The notes below the pieces were generated by a model. That model did no database searches and was not told the origin of the DNA. It saw nothing but the letters and a program-made list of their open reading frames with translations. The position numbers and the translations under genes are program-made. Below, piece by piece: positions 37,691-51,545 of a DNA stretch of 64,000 bases. Numbering within the stretch: the first letter of the stretch is position 1; each line of letters begins with the position of its first letter. Source of the stretch: Podarcis liolepis (lineage: Eukaryota); assembly GCA_965112155.1 (NCBI GenBank), contig OZ218108.1. One strand, given 5' to 3'.

Positions 37691-38184
37691 CTAGTTGGCC
37701 AAATAACAGTTAGACATTTGGATTTCCACTGAAATTTGCTGTAGTGTTGCTGCAAAAGCTTGCTGCTGTTCACCTGTGCCCTTTTTAAGCTCCTCAATCA
37801 TCTTCTGAAGATACACTGGGAGATGTCGAAAGGTTTCAAGCTCTCTAAAATAAAGATCTAGGAACCAATGGCTAGAGCTAGCATTAAACTTGCAACAATC
37901 AGCTGTCATCAGCAACGGTTTGGAGCAGGCTAGCTTTTTAAAGGCTACAGAAAAAGGCTTAAATAGCTTATATACAGAACAAAAGTTTAGCAACATCTTG
38001 CAATATAAGACCGTCCAAAATTCTGTCTGTGTTTTATGAAAATTGCTTTCCACTTGTGCATGGAATTCCTCAACTTTCTCTTCTGGATTAACAAGATGCA
38101 AAAGTTGCTGCTTAGTTGTTTCACACTTTATGATATCCAGTGGCAGGTTCCCCTCAGAATCTTTCTGCTGTAGCAATGCTGGTC
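37691..38184 (-). CDS. SLF1: SLF1 last coding exon (GPALLQQKDSEGNLPLD...CYLAN*)
   Basis: ttgcag|GA CCA; open to TAG at 37691-37693; MLLNFCS and W.LDLY conserved with human. Confidence 0.97.
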
Positions 38185-40325
38185 CTGCAAGAAGAAACAA
38201 AACATTAAATAGGAAATAGCTTATTTAGCGCAGCTAAACAACTGGCTGTTTTTCAGTATCTGCAGTTTTGTCTGCAGCATCTAAAGCTTTTTGATTAACA
38301 AATCACATTTTAATTCCCAAACGAATTAGAATTGTTAAGCCTCTTTCAGGCGTATACTATGTGCCTTAAAGATTATGGGGTGAAATGCCCTGCTAAGACT
38401 TTTGCTCCTCACCCTCACAGTCATGTGGTGAGTCAGTCAAAGGCTGGATGTTCTCGAACACTGGATCCAAATTCACTAAGTACTGCAGATCCCTGTTTTT
38501 CAAAACCCCAAGCCATGGACCCTCTGGTTTTGAAAAGTTGTATATCTCTAAGGTAGTTTTTGTTATGCGAATGGTGCCACAAACCCTTGGGGGTCCGGAG
38601 ACCACCAACTGGCAACCACTATTCTAGAGAAAAAGCAACTTCCTGATCTCATCAGTGTACTACAGATTTCTTTTTGTTAACATAACCAGATGATTCAAGT
38701 TCTTTGTATATGTATCATGCTTCAGTATATTTAAAGAAATTGGTAATACCTATTAAAATACAGGTTTACAAAATGTGTTTTGCAAGACACACAAAATAGA
38801 TGATACTGATAGATGAAGATGATAAAAAGAAATGAGGGAGCAAACTTTGGGGTACACAAATATAAAACGGGGACTGCTGCCATCCATGGTGACAAATTTA
38901 CCGTATTTCACAATGTTTATATACTGATAGATTGTAATAAAAACTCAAAGTGGTTTACAAATCACAGTAACATTCAATTAAGTTGAGCGCATGGGCAGAA
39001 GGCTGTGCCAGCAGCTGAGTTACGTAGCATTTCACATGTCTCAGCCACATGTATAAAGAATCCTAGCCTTGTTCATACATTTAGGGGGAATTCCTTATGT
39101 ATGGCAGATAGCATTCAGTATGAGCCAGGCCTTCTATGTGAATGCCAAAGGATGGTAGTTGGTGGCATTTCTCTGCCTTCAAAACGTGGGAGAAAGGTCT
39201 ACAAGTCAGAAGGATCTCTTAAGAAAGAAAAATGCCACCAACTAACTTTCTTTGAGCATTCACATGGAGAACCCAACTCAAACTCAAAGGAAGGCCTTCC
39301 TGCTCCTCTGTCACACTATTTCAGCACTCCCTTGCCAAGTCAAGGTATGAACTGGAGTTTGGAACATATTTTTAAGTTTAAACAGTGGCACAATAAGAAA
39401 CAGCAGATTAGATATGCTAAAAATATAGTTTCCTGTTACTTTCCCTAAGACCTACAAAATTAGAAGAAAAGGCGATATAGCTTGCTTGCATAAAGCATTT
39501 TTTACATGCACCAAAAGCAACAAACTATTAGCTTATGCTGTTTATCAGGAGGGAGTATGTGCCATTGCACTGAATCCCCTCTAGACAAACAGCCTTGGCT
39601 GTCAGATGAACCTTGGGCTGTGTGGATCCACCAGAAGTAACTCTTCCTTAGTGGCTGAATAGGACAGAATGCAAGAATGCAGCTTCTCAAATAACCAGGG
39701 CTTAAGTTTTTATTCCATAAACCCCCTAAACATTCACAGAGTCAAATAATGTGTCTGCATCTAGCAAGCACACACAGAGAAAAGCATGCCTAGATTCACC
39801 CACGTTTTGGCCTATAAGCGGTATATAAATTAATAATAATAAATAATAACGGTTTCCGGGATGGTGTCTGTATACAGAGAAGACTGACGTGCACAGTTTA
39901 AATGCCCAAGCCTGTATCTAACACCCAAGCCTATGAGTGCAGCACTCATCACCTGCTTGGCAGACAGGTCAGAGGGATTTAATGATCTTGCTTCTACTTA
40001 ACAGGTCCAATACTGACACTCTGTTTCTTAGATTGGAGGACTTTTTATGTGTAGCAATGTGGTCTGAGCCTCCTGCTGCTGCTACTAGAGTGATAGATCA
40101 GCTGCAGCCTTTTAAAAAAATAAAATAAAATAAATTAACCAACAATTCAACTACCATAGATTACAGGTTGCACAGAGTTTTTAGTCATGAAGAAACTGCA
40201 ATGTACTTAACTGAAATGCTTTAATGTGCAGGGGGAAATGGTATGTTAAAGTGACATATGGATCTGGGTGTGGGGTGGGGAGAGAAGAGCAGCCTACCTT
40301 TGTGAAAGGTAAACTGCAAGACCAG

Positions 40326-40326
<1 letters not shown>

Positions 40327-40381
<55 letters not shown>

Positions 40382-40570
40382 TAATAAATGTTATTATTTG
40401 TACCGTGCCCATCTGACTGGGTTGCCCCAGCCACTCTGGGCAGCTGCCAGCATATACAAAAAACATAATAAAACCTTAAACATTAAAAACTTCCCTATAT
40501 AGGGCTGTCTTCCAATGTTTTCTAAAGGTTGCAGAGTTACTTATCTCCTTGACATCTGATGGGAGGGCGA
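40327..40570 (-). mobile_element. L2 LINE 3' end with (AAT)n tail
   Basis: Reverse-complement homolog of 49265-49602. Confidence 0.8.
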
Positions 40571-40571
40571 A

Positions 40572-40748
40572 TCCAGGAAAACCTGGATTCAAATTCCCAC
40601 TCAGCCTTAGTGCTCAGTAGGAGACGTGGGCCAGTCACTATTTCCCAGCCTACCCTACCTCAAAGGACTGTTGGGAAAATAAAAGAGGAGAAACATGGAT
40701 GCCCCCCTTGAGCTCTTTAGGAAAAAGATGGTATAACACATCAATAAA
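40572..40748 (+). mobile_element. MIR/CORE-like SINE (related minus copies ~36235-36400, 53450-53660, 63915-64000)
   Basis: ggattcaaattcccactcagcc..ctcagtag..gggccagtcac..cctacctca. Confidence 0.6.
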
Positions 40749-42245
40749 ATTAACAGGTTGTGTGCCTACAGAGAGAGGGCCATGCACACAAGAGCAATAT
40801 TTTAATTTTCAAATGTAGATATTGCATCATAGTGTAGATTTTAAAAAACCCCAAAACTAAAAAGGATGGCTTATGGGTGAGGGACGTGCCAAAGGACTCT
40901 ATAAAGTTTAGTTACCAACAATTAGCAATTGTATACTGAATGTGCAGCCTAGTTCCTGCCATGCGTCTGTCAAACTGCTTGACAGGCGAAGGCCTGGCAT
41001 GTGACAGGCAAGATAACTCTGCACACACCGTCTGCACCGTTGCAAGAGGACCTTGATGAATGAAAGTGCAAGCAGATCTTCTCCCCTAGGACAAGGGGAT
41101 CATCCGCTGCCCATTCTTCACAGACACCCAGGAAAAATGCACATCTGTCAGTGTAATGCCACGTTCTATTGAAGACTTGGGCTTTCGGTAATATTGGCTC
41201 TTGCATCACTTAGACCGATTGAAGTGAGGCCAGGTATTGGCTTGGCGTGTCAGTCGCATGGTGCAGTAGATAAATAAAACACCTGGGAGACAGCATTAAG
41301 GTTCAGCACAAGCACACAGAGGGAGAAGAGCAAGGGATGTATTGATTCTGAAAGAATGTCAGCCAGAGACAAAGAAAATAGCCTTTAGGGGGCAGGAGAA
41401 GACTGCAAATGCACAGGGGTCTTATAAAACAGACTAACCAGTATAATGTTTGTGTTTCTGGCTGAGTTTAGCTAAAAGCTATCTAAGTACAGAACATTAT
41501 TTTGCACTCCACACAGCAGAATTGGTATAGCCATAACAAATCTGAAAACATGAAATATGTGAAATTAAACTGACATGCAGAGTAGTGGTATGAGCTACAT
41601 AAACTCTGTGTTTATATATGGCACACACAAATGCTCTAAAATATATATACTTTCTCTCCTTTGAAGATGAGTACTTTGTGAGGGGAAAACATCTCATGGA
41701 GGGTATACACAAAATGTTGTAATTTTTGAACTGCTTTAAGTGGGGTTTTTTAAAAAAAATGCAAAATTCTAAAGTAAGCTATTGCTAACCCTTTCCCTCC
41801 CAATTTTTAAAAACCTAGACTTTTCAAAAGCAGAATTATCAGCCTAAATGTTTGGATAACCATAAATATAAGCAGAAACACAATGAAATTAAGCAGCACA
41901 AAGCAGTTAAGCTAACCATTTCTGCAGTACATTGTAAAAATTAATTTAAAATCCAGATTTTGTGAAAAATGCCTGGTAGGCATGCAGTCCACATCACTGC
42001 TTGTTCATACAGCTTCTACAAAAAATCTGCAATTCAGCAAATGTGAGAAAGCAGCCAAAGTTATGGTCTTACTGAAATAATTTAACTGACAAGATGAATG
42101 AGTATAAATATGGCATGATGCACATCAATATTTATGAAAACCTCTAGCTTTCAAAAATCACATCAAGAACACCCTCAAATTTTAATACTCTGCAGTTTTT
42201 ACAGATTCAAATTTCTCTAAGCTTATTTAACACAAACACACTCAC

Positions 42246-42428
42246 CCCCGTGCTGAAGGAGAAGCTTGGCAATTTCTACATGTCCATTTCTCAGGGCATC
42301 ATGCAAGGGAGTCACCCCATCCACTTGGCTGAACAGGTTTACCTCTGGACAATGTTGCAAAATTTCACGGACACACAGAGTGTTTCCATGGTTACAAGCT
42401 TCATGCAAAGGCGTCCAGCCAGCATAGT
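42246..42428 (-). CDS. SLF1: SLF1 exon, ankyrin repeats 2-3 (DYAGWTPLHEAC...GVTPLHDAL...LLLQHG)
   Basis: ttcag|AC TAT...CACGGGG|gtgagt; 183 nt, phase 1/1. Confidence 0.98.
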
Positions 42429-43032
42429 CTGAATTACAAATCAAGGGAAGTTTGAGAAAACAGTAAAATTAGTAGCAGGATGTTCATAATATTGTCGTTC
42501 AGATTCCGTTTACCCTTTCCCCCCCTCTAACTAGTGCTATGACGAATATTTTGAAAAATCAATATGCTAATTCTGTATTATACTTTTAAAATGAAATGAG
42601 GCAAAGATCTACTTCAGTATCATTCTACAATGAAGCTGTTTCTTTTTTTCTGCAAAGCATCGTATTTGTTATTGCTAAAGTAAGAACAAGGCATCTGCAG
42701 TCAAAACCACACACTGGCCCGGGTCTGTTCAGACCAGAATTTCACATAAAAATCTTGACTATAAAGCCATTCACAGCTTTTATTCTCCTATCTATAAAAA
42801 GGCCAGAAATGAATTATTTTAAACCACGACTGTGCTTTAATAGAAAAACCATGCAGACAATTAAGTGCAATCAATAAGCTTTAGCCGCAAAACTACCCTT
42901 AAAATCTTTGCTTTAATTCATAATCCCGAAGCAGGAAAACAAGGAATGAAAAGAACTCTGCGAACACACAAGTATCACAGCTATTTGGGAGGCTTAATGT
43001 GTTTGTTCAGGGAAGAAAATAAAACTACTTAC

Positions 43033-43125
43033 CTTTAACGTTAATATCTATTCCTGGAAGAGAGAGAAGATGAATCAGTCTCTCCACATTGTTCCTTTTG
43101 CAAGCAGTATGCAGGGCAGTCTCTC
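43033..43125 (-). CDS. SLF1: SLF1 exon, ankyrin repeat 1 (GETALHTACKRNNVERLIHLLSLPGIDINVK)
   Basis: tgctag|GA GAG...AAAG|gtaagt; 93 nt, phase 1/1. Confidence 0.97.
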
Positions 43126-43755
43126 CTAGCAAACAGAATTAATAGATTATACCAGTCTAGGCAAAATGGCAACTGAAGAAAATAATCAAAGTGCAGGAAC
43201 TAGGAGATCTGGCTACACGCCAGAGCACTCAGTAATGAATAAGATTTCCCTTTGTCCTGTTTAAATACCTTTTAAGAAAACTCAAAAAGCCCACAGAGCT
43301 TCTGTTCCATCAGAGATCCAGCAAGGGAACTGCACTGCTAAAGGGTTAACACAGGAATTATCTCTCCCTCTCCCCCACCCACCCGTTCAAGCTGTAAAGC
43401 TTCAACCACATTATAAAAGCACCGAATGATCACAGAACACCAAAAATGCTTGGTTTTGAAGCAATAAAAGTTTAGAGCGCAGTTGCCCTCCCTTAAATTT
43501 ATTCATGAACCTACATTAAGTGTATGGTTCTTTTTACACAGCGTTTGTAGCTTAATTCAAATGAATGTTTCTGGCTAAGCACGAGTGCCTCTACACACTC
43601 AAGTATAATTCAGAACTTCAAATCCGTTAACAGATGGTTTGCTGTTTCTCAATAGGCTGTCTGGCTTGCCTACAGTACCAGAGAGAAAAGGGGGGGGGGG
43701 TGGAGGAGGGAGAGGGAGAGAGATTAAGAAGAATGAAGCAGTCTTAAGAAGAGGG

Positions 43756-43756
<1 letters not shown>

Positions 43757-43786
<30 letters not shown>
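43757..43786. repeat. (CA)n microsatellite
   Basis: Direct read. Confidence 0.97.
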
Positions 43787-43788
<2 letters not shown>

Positions 43789-45037
43789 ATTTAGACCTAG
43801 GAAAAAAGAGAGAAGGAAGACAGTGAAGACTGACTGCAGTTTACAGGTAGTGGCTCAATTAACGAAGGCAGGCTGTAAAATTCTGATATTTGTTTACGTT
43901 TTCGTCCACTGATTATACTGGAACAAGAGTTGACAAAAAACACGTTTCCAAGTGAATGATGAAATTTACCCAAATGAGAACATTCTGCCCTCCCCATCCC
44001 CACATTTGCTCAATGGGACTGGGTCAGTAAATTTCCTTATTTATATTTAACAGGATATTATTCTTATGCAGAGTGTCTGGTTGTTGGTTGTGGGCAACAA
44101 TCAAGTCTATCTTTCCCAATGTGTCATATTTTAGCCACTTCTTTTAAGAGTAATTATATATCAGTTTGTCTTACCTCTCCAATAGCATACCAGTAGGGGG
44201 GAAATCAGATAATTTTTTTATCAGTGCATTTGCTGATAGAGACATTGGTATAGGGTGGCCATAAAATTTAAATCCAAGCAAAATGAGGGTTCTGCTGTTT
44301 TTGGCTCTACCAATAGCTTAGCATATAGTTCTAAAATATCCCTTCTGATATCCATTACCGTTATACTTCGGAGCACTTTGAATGGCAATAACTATATATG
44401 TCTGGGTTAAATTCATATTAAAAATATTTCCAGAAATTGATTTAAGACAGATACAAGCATGTAAGTACATTTTATTACATTTGTGTATTGAATAGAGCCT
44501 ATGTAAACTACTGTACTGTGCTATTTAAAACTCAAGTGCTTGGGTTCTAGTGTAGTTAAAACTAAAATCCAAATGCATTTCATAGCTTGGGCTCGATGCC
44601 TAGAAGAAAACAGTCCATATGCTTAATGGGGCTATGTAATTCAGCATACACTTCGGTCTTTGTTTGCAAAACGTCTAGGACGGAAAGAGATGAAGACTGA
44701 ATTAGACTTTCAAATCAGAGGACGATGCTGATTCTTACAAGCACAGGTTGAGGTGGATTAGTGAAATAAGGCTATGAACTGGAATGGACTCATTTTAGGA
44801 TGCATTCTCAATTTACAACTCAAGATAAAATTGTGTGTGTGTGTTTGACTGATTAAAAAAAGCAGACAATCATATCCCCAACTTTTAAAAAAGGGCATTG
44901 CATAACAAATAGCACAAGAAAGCCATGTTTGACTTGTGGCAATAATGAGATACCACTCCATCTTCACTGGGGCCAAATGTGGAACTACGGATTGCAAACT
45001 TGTGAAGTACTAAGCACAAGTTAGGAAATCACAGTAC

Positions 45038-45171
45038 CTTTAAGGTTAACCTTGTTAACAGTCCCCTGCTTCCCTGAAAAATGATGATTATCTTTGCTGC
45101 GCATCATCTCAACTTCAGCTTTGTTTCCCAATTTCTTTTGAACACAAGCAGAGTTACCAGTGCCTTGTATA
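45038..45171 (-). CDS. SLF1: SLF1 exon (IQGTGNSACVQKKLGNKAEVEMMRSKDNHHFSGKQGTVNKVNLK)
   Basis: ttttag|T ATA...AAAG|gtactg; 134 nt, phase 2/1; ends NLK-G as in human. Confidence 0.9.
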
Positions 45172-45684
45172 CTAAAAGCAAGAAATGGTAAAAGTACGTT
45201 AAAAGACTGAACTTTATTTACATTTAAAAAACCAACAACATTCCACTTGTTCAGAAGTAACAAGTGTTCTCGCAGACAGATACATCTACATGCTTTCATA
45301 TTTTGAAATTTAAGTCACTGTAGTTTTGAAACATTCCATACAGTATGTGCTTGTAATAAACCCACCAATCATTCAATATACAGGGCTTAAGCTCACTCTA
45401 AAAACATTATTTCTTGAATACTTCTATTTCTCCTGGGAAGCAATTTACATTAATAGTGGGAAAGTATGTATAGTCTGTGAAGTCTACATATATGCAGGAA
45501 AAGGGGAAAGGGGAAAAAAACCCTCACCATTCCCAGATGTGTTACAGGATTAAAACCGAGCTTTCTGCCAGTCACAGTAATTTGCAGACAACAACACAGG
45601 TCACATAAAGTTCAAGAAATGTGTCAGGTCAGAAGCTGTCCCCCAAAGCAGAATAAAACCGGTGATGTTATAGGTATTACTTAC

Positions 45685-45848
45685 GGTACATCAGGCAGCA
45701 CTTCGGCTTGGTTCTGCTTATCACCATTTAGCATCAGTAATGCCCTCTGAGACTTAGGGCAAGGCCATTGCCCTATTTTCCTTTTCTTTGCTTTGTGTAT
45801 CCTTGGCTCACACAACCCAACTTGTAAAGCAGGGAGATAGGAACAAAC
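45685..45848 (-). CDS. SLF1: SLF1 exon (VCSYLPALQVGLCEPRIHKAKKRKIGQWPCPKSQRALLMLNGDKQNQAEVLPDV)
   Basis: caacag|GTT...GTACC|gtaagt; 164 nt, phase 0/2; SYLPAL, KIGQ.PC and LLMLNG conserved; basic NLS-like KAKKRK. Confidence 0.96.
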
Positions 45849-46848
45849 CTGTTGCAAGAGTCAAACTTTAGTCCAGCTGTGTTAAATATGACATTAACAC
45901 ACATCTGGTAATTAGCAACTCTAACAGTTCCCTCCAGATCTTTATTGCATTTAAAGCTTATCTTCCAGATTATCATACCTAGGCTTCACAAAAGCCTTTT
46001 AAAGTAAAGCTTATGGTGTGAAACTCTTAAGGACCCATATAGTTTCTCACACCCCTATGCAGGTTATGTTGTTAGGGTGCTGCTGGGAACTTGACTTGCT
46101 CTTCTCACATATATTTTGGCTTTTGAGTGGTTTGCTGTATTGTGGGCTACTGCGCTTTAGGGTTCAAGTACATGCTCAAAAGTAGCATCCATGTGTTGGA
46201 ATTGGAGAAAATATGCTGCACTACAGCAGAAGGCAATTTGCCATGGGGAATGAGAGTAAGATGCACTGGGCTGGATCCAATGTTGCACCAGCGAAGTCTA
46301 GTTTGTAATGTTTACCATTAAGTCCTGCAACACTAGTACCCAATTTCTGTTGATTGGAAAGAAGCAAAAATTCCCAACAGCAACAGATGAAATGTAGATA
46401 TGTATACAATTAGGGGGACAGGAAGAGAGGTTGAAGCAAGACAGTTAGGGGTATCCTGACATTGAGGAACAGAGGAGCCAGAAGGAAAACTTGCGAAGTG
46501 GTTTCTAAAGAGTCCTTTAGAACCCTCCCCCAATCCCAGAACAATACCAGCTGTCCAGTTGCTATCATGGTTTGATACCTGACATCATGGTTGGAATAGC
46601 TCAAACATCAGTTTCCCAGTTCAGTTGCCACAAGAAAATTGGTTTAACAAACCAGTAAGTATTGAGTTAATGTGTATGAGAGGGAGGGATGGAGGAAAGA
46701 AGGTCAGAGAGGAGGATGAAGCATGCAGGCACATAGTTAATTCCTGGTGCAAAAATGAATGGTTTATTGGACCAAGATCATTGCATTTGATCTAGGCCAA
46801 AATGTTTTTGCATTAAGAAATATATTACTTAGTACAAATGACACTTAC

Positions 46849-46994
46849 CATTTTTTGGAGAGACAGCAATTCAGTAGAAACAACAGCATTGGTTTGGAAT
46901 GGCAAGTTTTTAAAAACTGCCTCTGCAACAAACATTTCAAGCCATAGAGATGTTATGGAAGAAATGAACGTTTTTAATTCCTGCGGTGAAAAAT
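46849..46994 (-). CDS. SLF1: SLF1 exon (DFSPQELKTFISSITSLWLEMFVAEAVFKNLPFQTNAVVSTELLSLQKM)
   Basis: cttcag|AT TTT...ATG|gtaagt; 146 nt, phase 1/0; MFVAEAVFK as in human. Confidence 0.96.
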
Positions 46995-48237
46995 CTGAAG
47001 AAAAGAGAGACAGTAAGAATGTGTTAGGGAGTACAGAGAATATTATTGCTGCATTTCTGTCCTTTAATTGTTATTCCTAAATTGTTAGAATTACTAAACC
47101 AGCTGTAGAATTGCTTGCCCAATTCTAGAAACAGAAAGATGCAGCACTCCCAACAGATAACTGCCCAGCTTCTAGAGAGGGAGAGCTACTTCTTTTGGTT
47201 CTTCTGTCAGACTATTCTTAGTGTCAAGCTTATCCTAATGTTCAATTGAAATCTACGCTCCTGTAAATTGAACCCAGGGAACCTAGTCTTCCCACCTGTG
47301 GCAGCAGAGAACTGGACATAGTACTTCAGATATCAAATTGAAGAAAACACATTATGCAGTAGCTAAGAGGAACAGGTTTGCAAAGCTGAAGTACTTAAAA
47401 TATAAGGTAAATGCCATTTTAAAACAGTATGTAAAATCCATGCTTGCATGGATTTGGGGTTTTTTAATGGAGAGATTTTTGTTCATGAAAGTTACATTAC
47501 AAGAAACTTTAAAATCTGTACTAGGACAGAGATCTTATACTGCCAGCATGCTTGTGGATACCCAAACTTTACACTTTAGCAATCAGGCTCTAACATGAAT
47601 TATATAACCTGTTTAGGTGAAATATATAATAAGTTGTTTACAGTAACTCCCTACACTAATACTCTTGGCAATGCAGATAGTGAATGCACAATTTTGTGTC
47701 CCCATTTCTAAAATGACAATGGAATATATGGAAGATTGCCTGTATAGCTCTGGGCACTCTCGCGTCCTCTTCCACCAATTGCTTATGATTTACAAACATG
47801 AGGTGCTTGATTTATTTATGGAAACATCCTAATCATTATTATTACCATCAACATTCTTATTATTTATTATCTAGCAAACATGAATAAAAACTACACTTTC
47901 TATGCATAAGTAGTGCTGTAAGATTACGGTGCAGAACCAGAACCAGTGGCCTATTAAAAAAAAAAAAAAGAGGCAAGGGAAGTAAGCTGGTAGTTAAAAA
48001 TGCCAGCTAAAGTATTCTGATATGGGAAGAACACCAAGAGAGAGAGAGAGAGAGATAATGAAGACGAGACAAGGATAAATTCAGGTGTCACAGATGAGGA
48101 AGGCTTCACACATCGAGTTGGACTAAGTGATGAAATAAGCAGCCAAATATTCCAACTACAGTCTTCTGGTTTAGATACAGAGAACGGAAGAGTTTCTTCA
48201 CTATGCATGTGTATGACAAAATATATTACAATCTTAC

Positions 48238-48385
48238 CATTACATGAAATGGCAATATAAGATGCAAGATCAGCAGCTACAGGATGTAACATATTTTTGT
48301 CTATTAAGAACCCTGAAAGAATCCAGTATTCAACCACAACTCCCAAAATTCTATTCAACAGGTCAGCTACTTCATGCTTGATGAT
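48238..48385 (-). CDS. SLF1: SLF1 exon (IIKHEVADLLNRILGVVVEYWILSGFLIDKNMLHPVAADLASYIAISCN)
   Basis: ttctag|ATC...AATG|gtaaga; 148 nt, phase 0/1. Confidence 0.95.
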
Positions 48386-49264
48386 CTAGAAGAGAAGATC
48401 ACCTTTAAAATCTCTCTTATTACTATATTTTTTCTTAACATAGAAATTATAAAGTCTGTTTCATCCATTTTAAACTGCTCACACAAGTGGTCTACCCTAT
48501 AAGCATCGTAACTCCAAGAAATTTACCAGGTCTTACTACAGTTTCCTTAATTATACCACAATCTTGCCAGAAGATTATGACTTGTTTGCTCATGTGATTG
48601 GGAGCTGAAATATTTAATCTTATTGATCACCAGTCTTTATCCACTAACATTCAAGAAGCTCAAATTGCAGGTGCTTGGATTGATGCTTGGATGGAACAGA
48701 TAATTGCTCTATTAAACATGCTGAGGCTCTGCTACCATGTGCTGCTAACTTCAACACCAGGATTGGACCAAGCAACTTACTCTTGAATTCAAATGCCCCC
48801 TGCTAAAATATTTCGAGGAGGACAGACTACTCCCCTAGAGGAGCTAAAATGAAGGCCAAATTAATTAACCCTGCTTATGTTTATTCCAATTAATATATTG
48901 TTTCGCCATGCTAATCCAAAATAAAACTACAGGCTGATACATAGGGAGAATTTACATTCTGCGTTTTGTTTGTGAGGTTCTAGTATAGTTGATTATATGA
49001 TAGCTTCTAGAATACCTTTCCAGTTAACCAGGTCTTCCATATAAGTATTAAAACAAATGACAATCACCATGCTTCCAGCAGTTGTCATAATTTAACTTTG
49101 CAATCCACAAAACCCACCTTTTGATTAAAACAAAACAAAACATAAGAAACTGATTCAAATAATTAATTCTTGCATTTAAAACTAGATGGTTCTCTTCAGT
49201 GGTTTGACTCCTGAGTACAGGCAACTCCTCACATGACTACTAACACGCATGCTGTTTTTGGTGT

Positions 49265-49602
49265 TCCCCCATCGTTCTGCTCGGACACTGAGGTCCAGCT
49301 CCAAGGGCCTTCTGGCGGTTCCCTCACTGCGAGAGGCCAAGTTACAGGGAACAAGGCAGAGGGCCTTCTCGGTAGTGGCGCCCGCCCTGTGGAACGCCCT
49401 CCCATCAGATGTCAAAGCGATAAACATCTACCTGACATTCAGAAGACATCTGAAGGCAGCCCTGTTCAGGGAAGTTTTTAATATGTGACATTTTAGTGTA
49501 TCTTTCATCTTTGTTGGAAGCCGCCCAGAGTGGCTGGGGAAACCCAGCCAGATGGGCGGGATACAAATAATAAATTATTATTATTATTATTATTATTATT
49601 AT
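49265..49602 (+). mobile_element. Young L2 LINE 3' end with (TTA)n tail
   Basis: RSARTLRSS..LL.VP..RAFSVVAPALWNALP..F...LKAALF motif; CpG-rich. Confidence 0.9.
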
Positions 49603-50413
49603 GAAAGGGGGTGGGGGCAGAACAGACTGGAAGGCGCTGACGCATGCAACAGCAGGGATTCCCCTGTATAGAAATTGTCAGAAGGGCACTGACTCTGATG
49701 CTACAGGAGCTCAGAGTTAAGTAAGCTCCCATCAAGCTATTTCTAATTAAAGATTACAAAGTCTTGCTATGTTGAAATAAATAGCATAGTGTATGCCTCA
49801 CTTAATCATGCCTCTGGGACATTTTGAACCTTGTCTTAGGCAACTGTTTTCCAGGAACCAAGCTCTCCATTTTGCATATTTTACTTGAAACCAGGGGGAA
49901 CCCTTTTAGATCTATCTTTACCGACACAAAGGGTAAAGAGTCCATTACTTTGACAACATATTGGAGATTACAGAAACCTCTTATGACATAAGCTGTTAAC
50001 CAAGATTTTCAGGTATCAGCTTTTCAGATACATCAGTTGTGAGAGAATTTATTTGCATTCATCAGAAGAAATTCACAATTCCAAAGATCCATTTTCACTA
50101 GGATTTTAAACAAACGTGAACCCATGGTTTCAAAACATACTTAAGATGACATTACTAATCAGTTAAGTGGCAGTGCCAACATAAAGGAGATATTCAGATA
50201 AGTCATGCTCAGAGAAGACCCACTGAAATCAATAGACAATAACCTTTAACAATGATTAAGGCCATCTGGGGAACAACAACGCAAAAGTCTTGTTCTAGGG
50301 AGTAGGGAACGTATACAGTCATGGAACATTATTAAGAGTCCTGGGAGAAAGCAGCAAAACACAAAAGACATTATTGGGCTTTCTTTACTCTTCATAGTTG
50401 ATAAATCACTCAC

Positions 50414-50573
50414 ATCATCTGTCTTGTACTTCTCTCTATAGGAATTTATGACCCAGTCTACTAGAATATTTATACGTTTTGTGAAAAGCACCGATTCACT
50501 TCCTAACCAGAATGTTTCCAGAAGAACAGTTTGTGGCATCACTTGTGCTTGCTGTGAATCTTCTTCACACAAA
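50414..50573 (-). CDS. SLF1: SLF1 exon (LCEEDSQQAQVMPQTVLLETFWLGSESVLFTKRINILVDWVINSYREKYKTDD)
   Basis: ttacag|T TTG...GAT|gtgagt; 160 nt, phase 2/0; LLE.FW.GSE motif. Confidence 0.95.
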
Positions 50574-51151
50574 CTGTAAAAGAAAAATAATTCCTAAATC
50601 TGTTTTTCTGTTTCGTTACAATGATTACATAACACACAGTATATCTTCTGTTAAAATCTGCAATTTAGGACGTTTTAAATTACAACGGAATTCAAACATT
50701 GATAGAAATGATGTCTCTAGCTACAATCCAGAGTGATATTCGGGCATGATGAAGTATATTGAACCCCCCCAAACTTGGGGGGGGGGGGAACAGTGGATAG
50801 AGTTGTATCTACCTAGGTTTTGCTCAGAGAAGATCCACTGAAATTCATAGCCTGAAGTTAGTTGTGCCCATAATTTCAATAGGTTTACTCTGAGTATGGC
50901 TAATCTTGGATACAGCCCATAGTAATGTTAATTTTAAAAATTTGAATTTTTGCACTTTAAGAACAAAGAACCATACCACCACATAAAGGAAGAGGTTACA
51001 AGCCTCAGGCTCTTTGCTGTTACAGTGTAATTTCCAGAATTGTCTCCAGTAAAATCTAAGTATTATGTGCACATTATGAAAAAAGGCTTTTAATCTAAGC
51101 CTAGACTAAGAAAAATCACAGAACTGCAATGTTAAACACTTACACTCTTAA

Positions 51152-51155
<4 letters not shown>

Positions 51156-51191
<36 letters not shown>
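51156..51191. repeat. (GT)n microsatellite
   Basis: Direct read. Confidence 0.97.
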
Positions 51192-51196
<5 letters not shown>

Positions 51197-51407
51197 AAAG
51201 AACTAATGTGTAAAAGTAATTTTTGAAAAAAGTTTAGAAACATATCTGGCCATTTACCTAGAATCAGAATAGCTTTCTTAAAAACTGACATAAAAGTACA
51301 GGAAAAGTAATCAAGTGGGTAGTACAATGTACTTTGGGCACAACTTGTTGGTAAGATACAAAAATGGGTTAGAAATTAAAAAGGTAAAAACATTCATTGA
51401 AACACAC

Positions 51408-51545
51408 CTTCTTGTTAATGCTATTACTTCATCTTGGAACACATTCATAAGAAACATTAACAGTGTTTTGTGAAACATTCTTGCCTCATCTGTGGTTTCT
51501 GTAACAGGGACTGAATGACAAATATTACTGCAGTAAAGGCAAGAC
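51408..51545 (-). CDS. SLF1: SLF1 exon (SCLYCSNICHSVPVTETTDEARMFHKTLLMFLMNVFQDEVIALTR)
   Basis: caccag|G TCT...AGAAG|gtgtgt; 138 nt, phase 2/2. Confidence 0.92.

Noticed and set aside
39005-39448. 147-aa ORF antisense in the last SLF1 intron
   Set aside because: Non-ATG start, no recognisable domain or splice context
41206-41282. Possible alternative terminal SLF1 exon (GVLFIYCTMRL...SK*)
   Set aside because: Only a plausible acceptor; no homology or other support
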